Origin: Oikopleura dioica
Lineage: Eukaryota; Animalia; Chordata
DNA length: 64,000 bases
Direction of reading: 5' to 3'
NCBI GenBank assembly: GCA_907165135.1
Contig: OU015568.1
Coordinates: 3,472,001-3,536,000, forward strand
In this document: one piece after another, positions 55,422 through 64,000 of the stretch
How positions within the stretch are numbered: the first letter of the stretch is position 1
Layout: each line of letters opens with the position of its first letter
Position numbers and translations under genes: made by a program
Notes under the pieces: generated by a model
Told to the model about the DNA's origin: nothing
Seen by the model: the letters and a program-made list of their open reading frames with translations, nothing else
Databases searched by the model: none

Positions 55422-58034
55422 ATGATCGGTAAGACATTGAAACAAAATAGAGAGGGTTTAAAAAGGAGATTTTAGCGAGGGTGCTGCCGAAATCCCTCAA
55501 ATCCGGGCTACTGCTGCTTATAATCTGTGCGGTAATCATGGTCTCCTTCATTTTCAATGAACTTGAAAGTCAACAACAAAGGCCGTATAATGATCCTTCG
55601 GAATGGTTATGAATGGACAGATAATTTAATTTTTACGAAACCATAAGACTAGTTTGCGTTTCATTTTTCAATATTTTTTTCTCCTCATATAGATGAAAAT
55701 CTAAACAAAGAAGAGATTATAATGAGAACAAAACATTTTCACATTTTAAGACGTAAAAAAGCATAAATAAACCAGGAAAAGCGAAAAGAACGTCGAAAAA
55801 TGGAGCTGATGCAAGCTTTGAAAGAGCTTGCTGCTGACAAGATCGACTCGGAAGACCGCCAAAATTACCACCTAGATGGTATTTGTGGTTTTCACTTGAT
55901 CCCCTTTCTCATGCTTCAAATTCAGATCTCGTTGAGATGCTCCAGAAAAAGGACTCGCCACAGGTCAAGCTGAAAAATGATGACGCAACGAATGAGCCGA
56001 CTTTTACGCCTGGCTCTGAGACTGATGATGAGACAACAGCATCCACAACATCAACCACGACTACGACTTCCACGAAGAATGATGAGATAACAACGACTTC
56101 AGAAGCTTCAACAACGACGATGGAAGATGTTCCAGTGAGAGATCATGATCATAGAAATCAGCCTCCATCACCAGGTCAGAAAACATGCCCGGCTCAAGTA
56201 ATCATGACAGTTTCTAGCGCGAGTGATCCCCGAAGACGTCCAAGAACCCGGTGGAGAAGCAGGCTGCCCGAAATGGTATCCAGATTGGTCCGCATTAGAC
56301 AAATTGGAGCCGAGGATTAAACTTGATCCTACTAAGTTCCTGACACCTGTCCTGACTTACGGGTTGGCTCAAATCTGCAGTTCAGTTTTTAATTGTATTT
56401 TAGCCCGAATAATCAGCAGCGAGGTTTCCGCGAGACAGTCTTCTTAGCCGTCAAGTTGAACCGGACCATTGTGCCACCTGGCTTTTTCAAGCACTCAAGG
56501 ACAGACAAGGAGCATGAAGACGACTCTGATGCTCATATTATCGCACCATGGCATCGTTTTGACATATCAGCGCTGGCGACAATGATGAGTACTGCAGATC
56601 CGATGAAAATCGGGAAAGAATGCGGCGGACACTTTCAGAGCTATTTCAAAGTGAAGCCGGGCTACTGCTCAGGAAATAGGTCAAAATTCAGAAACAATAA
56701 TAGTGTTTTTAATTTTCCGAATTTAGTCTTTTTGATCATGCAAAATAACGACAATAGTAACCAAGCTCTATCAACAGTTGAAAGGTGCTGAAGCATATTT
56801 TTAAATATTGATCTCAACCAGGCTCTAACAAAGACCGTTTCGATGCCCTCTTCGATTTCTTCTCAATGAGCTTTGTCCCTGGCCAAGAACTAACGAAAGA
56901 AAAACATGTTTGCCATCTTGAAAACTCCATCCCAGACGACAAGCTTTTGCCGACAAATGGTGGCCCGATCCACTTACCCACATCCGACCGAGTCCTTCAG
57001 AGATTCTACGCAAGTGAAGGCAAATGCGCGCTTTGGGTGTTTCCCTACCACTGTATTCAATTCAAAAACTCGCTCAAGGGAAATGCAATCTCAGAAGATC
57101 AACTCAACGACTCGCCAGATTTATCATCAGGCAAAGGGTTGAAAATCTGATAGGTCTTATCAGTATTTTATCACCGGCCGCGTGGCCTAATGGATATGGC
57201 GTCTGACTTCGAATCAGGAAGTTGTGGGTTCGAGTCCCATCGTGGTCAAAATCTTTTTTTTTTTTCATCCCTTTTAACAGAGTCAGACACAGACCTAATG
57301 CAACGGATCATCAGGGCGACCCCAAGGCCGAAATATCTCAGAGACATTGCGAAGAATTTCATTGAAAATGTCATCAAACCTAAAATGCCAAATGGAAGAT
57401 ATTTAGCCCTTCATTGGCGATACAATCATGGGGATTGGCTCAGGCACTGTGAGCATCGAGAAAGTCCTGCGTGTGACGCTGTTCTTGAGTAAGTCCTTCA
57501 GTCTATGCTTACTTTCATCTTTGATCCTTAGAACGATGGAGAAACCAAACCTCATTGCTGCTGAAATCGTCGATTTTTTCAAAGCCCGTCCTTATCTGGA
57601 AGGACTTTACATTGCTGCTCCTCTTGAAGAACGCCCTCTTATCGACGCTATAAAATCTTCGATTGGAGGTTTTTCTTCTTCTCCAATCTCTTTTGACATA
57701 TTTTAGGTTCTGTGCCGATCTTCATTGGAGACAGTTTGATGACGCACATGCTCGGCATGTATCCCAATTGCAAGTGGATGAAGGATAACTTCCACGATAT
57801 CTTCAGCAGTTTGGAGCAAGAAATCTGCTCCCTCTCAGATACCTTCCTCTATGCTTCTGGAAGCAGCTGGAGCTTAAATATCGTCATGGAGCGGCACTCT
57901 CGAAACATCCGTAAGTTCCTTCTCCCATCCCTATTCTACCATAAATCTTAGCAAATGAAAAGAGCATGGAGAACATCAACCTCTTGTTCAACGTCTTACA
58001 AAAGCTTCATCCAGACAAGCAGCAAAAAGCATAA
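55422..58034 (+). CDS. Type II Golgi/ER GDP-fucose O-fucosyltransferase-family protein
   Basis: N-terminal TM and Thr-rich stem; GPNNQQRGFRETVFLAVKLNRTIVPP; YLALHWRY; LYIAAP; SSLEQEICSLSDTFLYASGSSWSLNI. Confidence 0.8.
57176..57248 (+). tRNA. tRNA-Arg: tRNA-Arg (UCG), intronic
   Basis: GGCCGCGTGGCCTAATGGATATGGCGTCTGACTTCGAATCAGGAAGTTGTGGGTTCGAGTCCCATCGTGGTCA; long T-run terminator at about 57253. Confidence 0.9.
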
Positions 58035-58277
58035 AGAAATCCAACCGCCACGCTTTCAAGGTGCTACCCTCTACCTTCCACCAAATATCATCTACTGTTC
58101 AGTGCCAAAAACTATAAGTAAATACTATCTTTTTCTGTATCTTTTTCATGCCAAAAGCTGTATTGTAAGTTATTATAACCTATACTATTTAGACACTTTT
58201 CATACCTCTTGACTTCAATAAACCTATTTAGAGACAATCAATTTTATTCATTTTATAAAAACAGAAGAAGCAGTCTT

Positions 58278-60633
58278 TTAAAAGTCAGGGAGAGCACCGA
58301 GAACGCATCTTCCTTCAGGAGCTTTCAACTCGCAGCCTTGTTTAGTACAGTCACATTCAAGCTGCGGACTTCTCTTGATATTTCGTCTTTGCCTAAATAA
58401 TTAGTTTCATTGCCTTGATTAAACCAGGCATACCTATTATCTCCTTCCCACACAAATCCGTCCTCACACTCAAGCCAGCAAAATTGATCGGTTTTCGCGG
58501 AAACAAACGAGCTGAGAACCGGAACTGCGACATTTTCTTGAGCACACTTGACTCTCGCTTTTGGATGGGCGTCAAGCGTCGCGTCAGGTACTTTGCAATA
58601 CTTTGAGTGATCAGGGCCGCATGATGCCTTTGGATTTATAAATGAGCAAGTTCCACCTCGACAATTGCATCTGAAAGTGACTGAAAAGCCTTTAGAACTC
58701 ACCCTACCTTCCGTAAGCTTTTTCCACTTGAGTAAACGAGCCATATACACACTCGAAATTGCATCTTTCTCCTCCCGGAAGTGGGAAAGGGCAGACTGGG
58801 ACCATTCCAATTGGCAGATCTTCTTCCGAAGGTTCATCGCAGCCTTGAAAAATATTACTCAGAAGCTCTTGCTCAGAGAAATTACCTGGAACGCATTTGA
58901 TATCGTGCACGGTGACGCAAGTACCCGCACTATTGCAAGTGCAATCGATGAACATATTGGATGTTGGCGATGAGGGAATGAGTCTGTTTTGGATAGATAT
59001 TTGGCCACATTGGTTGTTTATTGAAAACCTAGTAGTGAATTTGCAAATTGGATGTTTTTTCTAATAGTTACATTCAATAATTTATTGGAGAACTGTATCT
59101 CCCCGGCTATAATTACTGTCAATTTTTCATGATTTTTATTTGTTTGACGTTAAGTCGAAGATCTCATCATTAAATAACTATTCAAAAAACCCTTAATTTA
59201 AGGGCCTTAAATTTAAAATGAGTTCTCTTTCAAGCAGCTACTGAAATATAAATCCATTCCTTGGGTCAGCACAGGTCGGCCGACAGCGCTCTCCAGATTG
59301 AAGTGGGAACTTGCAATCTCCCATGGCTAGATTTGCGTCCAAATATGCGCACTGCCCTGGATTGCTTCGGAACGATGATTCAAGATTGAAAAGCCCTTAG
59401 AAAATTAGACGACAAGTAAATAAAGAGATCTTACCTTTTCCATGCTTGACGAATTTCGCCTCAGCCTGAACTAGAACATCTTCTGGGACAGAATTTTTCT
59501 TGGCCAGTTTTTCTCTCGCTTTGGCCGGTCTCTGTTGTTTTTGGTAGCTTTAGTTGTTGTAGTTGTTGTTGTCAATTCCGTTGTTGTATGTCGTCGTTTG
59601 TTCTTTGGCTTGATAGATTTCAACGAAACTTGAGGTTTTTCCGCTTCTGAATCGATCTTTTTCAATCGCTGAAGCATCTTCATCCCTCGCTTTTTCGTCG
59701 ATTTCTTGGGAACCGTTTCGTTTCCAGCCATGATCTTGATGTCTTTATCCTCACTGATTGATTTCAACGAGACTTTGTGAAGATCTTCGAAACCAGGACT
59801 GTACGTGACTCTCAAATTATCGTCTAAAGCGGTTTCTTTCTGCTTTCTTAATTTCTGAGTTCTTGTTGTTTTCGGCCTCTTGGTTGGGTCCATGGTCAGG
59901 ATTTCGATGATGTCAGTTTTGTGACAGTAGACAACTAAGCACTTGCGCTGGCCTTTGCATCTACAGTCATTGCCAAACGCTTCATATCTCTCTGTATCAC
60001 AGTGGATCATGCACTTGAAATGACATTATTATTCAGAATGAAATCAAATTTAAGGACCCCCTGTCAACAATTTTCGAAAATTTTTTTTTCGGGATTTCAA
60101 AATTTTGACCCCGGAAATGGATTCTACGGGTCAAAAAAAGATTTAGAGGCTTCTTTTTTGGGGGTCTATCTCGACTCTAACACCCTCAAAGTCGCGTTTG
60201 AAAATTTGACTTTTTTGACGAAAAATGAGGAGAAACTCCCAATTTTGTTAAAATTTCAAATTTTTATTGGTCAAAAAGGGGCCCAAAGAAATTTTTTTGA
60301 TGAATTGAACTTCCAGGAACACTAAAAAGCCCAAATATGGCTATTTAAAATTTTCGATTTTTTGAGGAAAATTGTTGACGGGGGGTTCCTTAACTATTGT
60401 TTTCGTTGATGACATTGCGATCTTATTCGATCATCATCAGATATTATAATGGCTCAAATTATATGGGTAAAAGATACATTTTTTTTATCAAGCGTTACCT
60501 TTTCTGCCTTGTTCTTCGGAATATCCGTGCCAAGGCAGTAATGAATCGAGCTCACTTCACCCAAACCACATTGCGGGCCGAAAGCTCGGACGGAGGAAAT
60601 AAGTCCGAGAGAATAAGAACTCCAAAGTTTCAT
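58278..60633 (-). CDS. Secreted protein with repeated sushi-like CxC modules and K/T-rich linker (oikosin-like); one frame break
   Basis: Signal peptide MKLWSSYSLGLISSVRA; repeated modules ending DCRCKG, DCTCNS, RCNCRG, ECDCTK; six exons; frame break at 59508-59512. Confidence 0.6.
60054..60389. mobile_element. 336-bp MITE with TTAA TSD and GG...CC termini (Kolobok-like, second family)
   Basis: TIR GGA(A)CCCCC(T/C)GTCAACAATTTTC; TTAA at 60050-60053 and 60390-60393; in intron 1. Confidence 0.75.
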
Positions 60634-60872
60634 TTTTCAGACTTTTGGATAATTCTCTCTCTTTCTTTCTCTTACAAAATATACAAATTGAGGAATGAAG
60701 CCTTGCTCAATTAATTCTTAGCCGAACGGAGCGTTATCAGAACATGTTATGTAACAGCTGGTCTCCGAGGAATGCGAAATTGATAAGAGAGTTGTCTGAC
60801 GACATTTTAAGAGGGTACAATGGATATTTTTTATTATAAAAATGAATTGGAGAACAGATATGTTCATTTTCT

Positions 60873-61192
60873 TCATCTTCCTTTGGTCTGGCAGCAAATT
60901 TGCATCTTTCGGCAGATCAGGAGCACGGAAGAGGACATGTTTGGGTACCTAAAGAAAGGACTGTTTGACTGGTTTGATTGTCCTCCAAATTAATCAAAAC
61001 CTAGAGAAAGCCTTGAGAGTTTTAAGAAATCCTCCGAAATCTTCTGTTCTATCAATCGAAAAATATTAACAGTAAAACTTACGTTGCGTTGTGAAAGCAC
61101 TTATTGCATAGTGCCGGCGTGCAATATCCTGCAGCTGAGGATCCGATGCTCAAGAAAACGACGATTTGGCTTATAAAATTCAACAAGTTCAT
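60873..61192 (-). CDS. Small secreted six-cysteine peptide precursor
   Basis: MNLLNFISQIVVFLSIGSSA-AGYCTPALCNKCFHNAT|YPNMSSSVLLICRKMQICCQTKGR*; phase-2 GT-AG intron 60949-61082. Confidence 0.6.
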
Positions 61193-61593
61193 GATTCTTC
61201 TTCTTGAAAATTTTTGATTGTAAATTGTAGTTGTGACTTTCCTTCTGCATGAGAGCGCCTTTTATAACACCACGAATGCGCGATGCATAATTTAGCGTCG
61301 TTCTGAGGCGTCACTTTGGTGTCGCTTTTGCCAACATACAAAGGGACAATTCTAAGTGATTGAGCTAATTAATTTATTTTCAAAACACTGTTTTTTCGTC
61401 ATATTCATTTTAAATTCAGTTTAGCGATTCTGAATCGCCGATTCAAAGGGCATTTGAGCGGTAATTTATGAATTTTATTGTTGCAGAAATCTTGATAGCA
61501 CTTAAAATCACTGGAATAAAACGCTTAGTGGCCATTTTCCAGTGGTAAATCTAAGGTTGAGGCACAGATTGAAATACAGAATGGATTCAAAGT

Positions 61594-63940
61594 CTACTGT
61601 CGAGCGAATTTTCGCACTTTGCTCCAGTGCAACAGATTCGCAAAGATTGCCAAGACGCTGAAACCACCAACGATGTACGCCAAAACTCGACAGTAATACA
61701 ACCCACATCCGTTGTCTTCACACGGCCCATTGGGGACTTGGTCTTCAGAACAAGGCGCAAAGGCTTGAATAAGCATGATTGCGGCTCCACAAGCGATTTT
61801 GTCTTAAAAATTTATTGAAAAAAAAACCACCAGAGTTAACTCAGAAGTACTCAATCGAACTTTAGAAAGAAGAACAGGCTTATTCTGAATAAGCAATTCA
61901 AAGAAAATACTGTGATTCTCTCATGTTTAATCAATCAAAAATCTGTCAATGAGAAAATGACAGTATGTCGTATTTTGATTGAAAATCAGTTTCTCTTATA
62001 GATATCGATAAGAGAGTCGATTTCTGGAAGCTCTTTACTGATACCTGTCAAGCTCATGGCTCCATAAACAAAGGCCGCCGTGTTCGTATTTTCGCCGATA
62101 AGAGCTGCTGTGATGGACAAACTCTGCACTAGAATCGTACTCGTTCCTGCGCCGAAAATGACCGGCAGCAAGTAAACACCCCAATGAACCTTGCCTCCGT
62201 TTTCGATCGGGTCGTTTTCCAACAATCCTGCCCACATACAACCGGCGATCATGATCAAACAGCCAAGGAAGAAAGTCACATTCTGAACAAGTCCTTTCGG
62301 ACGGGAAAGAAAAATTGGCATTGTTTACCTTGCCAAGATGTTTAGCAAGAGGTTTCATAGCAAAAGAGACAACAAAGCCCGTCAAATAATTGATGAGCGG
62401 CAAGCTTGTGATGAATTCCTTCGGCAAGTCCAGTGATTCTTGGATGTAGAATGGAAAATAAGTTGCGGTTACATTGACAATCAGTCGTGTAAGACAATAA
62501 AGGATTCCGACGTAGTAGAAGAGTGGCTCTTTCATCCATTGGCACCAAGTATCAACCTGAAAATTACCTCCAATTCTGAAAAAAACAAAGCTTTACCATG
62601 GGTGCCTCATTATTCTTTCCAGCTCCGAGCTCATCAACAGCCAGAACAGAGCTTCTAAGCGAAACCCTGCTCAGCATTTGCGACGTAGAGGGGTCATTTT
62701 CGCAACATTCTTCCTGATTTTCTTCTATGTCTCCACCTTTTTCCTCACAGGAGAGTTTTTCAGGGACAAAGAAGTGAAATATCAGGCCTTGGAAGACAAA
62801 TCCAAGGGCAACAGCACCGAGGGAAAGCTTCTTGAAGACATGGGCGTCGGACCAGCTTACTTGGTCGGCTTTTTTTGGGTTTGGACATTTTTTCTGGTTT
62901 TTTCACTTACTCAATGTTATATTTTCGAGAAGATTATACGACAGGAAGACTGACTTCGTTGTCTAAAGGCTTGTCTAAAAGTATCATTCGATTTAATTAA
63001 TAAGAAGTATATAAATTAATTTAAATCTGAAGTTTTATGGTTCTTTCTCATACTTTGAAAATATCTGTCTCAAACCTTCCTGGAGGATTGTCCCAAGAGC
63101 AATTTGGCTTCAATCCGTCTGTCACACTTTTTGTAAAGTCTCATTATCCAAAGTCATTTAAAAACGACCTTTTGGAATTTGACCTGTTTCCTGAGAATCT
63201 CAGGATCAAGCTCGGAGTCGTCTGGCGACTCTAGAAACAGACTTCGGCCAACAAGAAAGACGGTGATAGATGACAGCAGAGTAAATACGTTTCTGATGGA
63301 GGTGAGCTGCACTCGTGCAGAATCCTTGCACGTGAGGAATGGAATCAAGCTCAAGTGGGAGACCTAAGCATTTTTCGGTGAAAAAAAAATTCCGTCACTT
63401 TTCTCGAAGAGTTTATGTAACACTTTCGTAAAAAGGAAAAAAAACGTACCTGCGCAGAGGCCCAAGCGATTTGGAATAAAACAATAAATGGGATGTAAAA
63501 CAAAAAGAGCTGAAATTCGGACCAGTTTTCACTTGGCCGGTCGTATCCAGGAGGAGGGGAGTAAATAAACGGAAAACTAAAAATAATGAAAAATTAATCG
63601 ATGATAATAACTTTACGTGAAGGTTATAAGAAGAGTGCCAAACATATGCCAGCTTTTTCGCTTGCCATATTTTTCCCCACAAAGGCCGACTTTGTCCAGG
63701 CCAATTCCAACCAGAGGTGTGGCGATTCCATCCGTCAACTGGCCAATTGTCAGAAGAAAACCAGAGTATAATTTTGATAAGCCTACTACTTCTTGAAGAC
63801 AAACTTTTTGGCTTTTCAAATGGACTCTTTCAGATCCTTTCTGTTATATGAAAAGCCATCCCTAGAAGATAACTAAACCACATCGTCGCAACCAAATCCG
63901 ACTGCACATGACCAACTCCATAGCCCCAAAAAGTCTGAAA
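61594..63940 (-). CDS. MFSD12: MFSD12 major-facilitator transporter; extreme 5' end unresolved or off-window
   Basis: GYGVGHVQSDLVATMWFSYLL, GQLTDGIATPLVG, YGKRKSWHMFGT, HMSLIP..RVQLTSIRNVFT, EPLFYYVGILYCLTRL, AFVYGAMSLTDKIACG. Confidence 0.9.
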
Positions 63941-64000
63941 AACAACCTCAATGTCAAATCTCAATCATGGTTATCACGCGTCATGTGACCGTCATTGATG

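Noticed and set aside
62678-62953. Plus-strand ORF resembling a two-TM nested gene
   Set aside because: It is the antisense of a conserved MFSD12 exon (DAHVFKKLSLGAVALGFVFQGLIFHFF).
1-64000. rRNA, SL RNA, snRNA, autonomous transposase or reverse transcriptase genes; prokaryotic operon interpretation
   Set aside because: None recognised by eye in this window; the spliceosomal intron structure rules out a prokaryotic origin.

Overview
Eukaryotic, extremely compact, AT-rich genomic DNA: about 30 multi-exon genes, mostly 35-80 nt introns, several GC/GA/GG-AG donors, and intergenic gaps as short as about 40-160 nt. This pattern best fits the larvacean tunicate Oikopleura dioica (inference, not a database match). 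All exon models were assembled by eye, so internal boundaries are approximate unless stated. Recognisable genes: a class A GPCR (3' end off-window), SDE2, DYNC2I1/WDR60, mitoguardin, a FABP, PTPMT1, a FET-type RRM protein, an ABCA transporter, FRMD4, SPATA17, a Cys-loop receptor subunit, an O-fucosyltransferase-family enzyme, MFSD12, tRNA-His and an intronic tRNA-Arg. There are also many lineage-specific secreted proteins. The strongest signal is a set of non-autonomous DNA transposons whose states look like stages of intron birth: (1) a near-perfect 959-bp hAT-type palindrome lying upstream of PTPMT1 (17788-18746); (2) MITEs inside existing introns (45606, 52852, 60054); (3) a 318-bp hAT MITE inserted into a coding exon, whose target-site duplication supplies both splice sites so that it splices out exactly (50915-51232); (4) an 81-nt GC-AG intron bounded by an 8-bp direct repeat that may be an older, decayed case (33510-33590). 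Other leads: an intron-rich, apparently catalytically dead tyrosine-recombinase-like gene interleaved with an antisense secreted gene; two unannotated small peptide precursors; a KDEL protein head-to-head with the ABCA gene; and a Cys-loop subunit with a large N-terminal insertion. Three homopolymer frameshifts are probably assembly errors.
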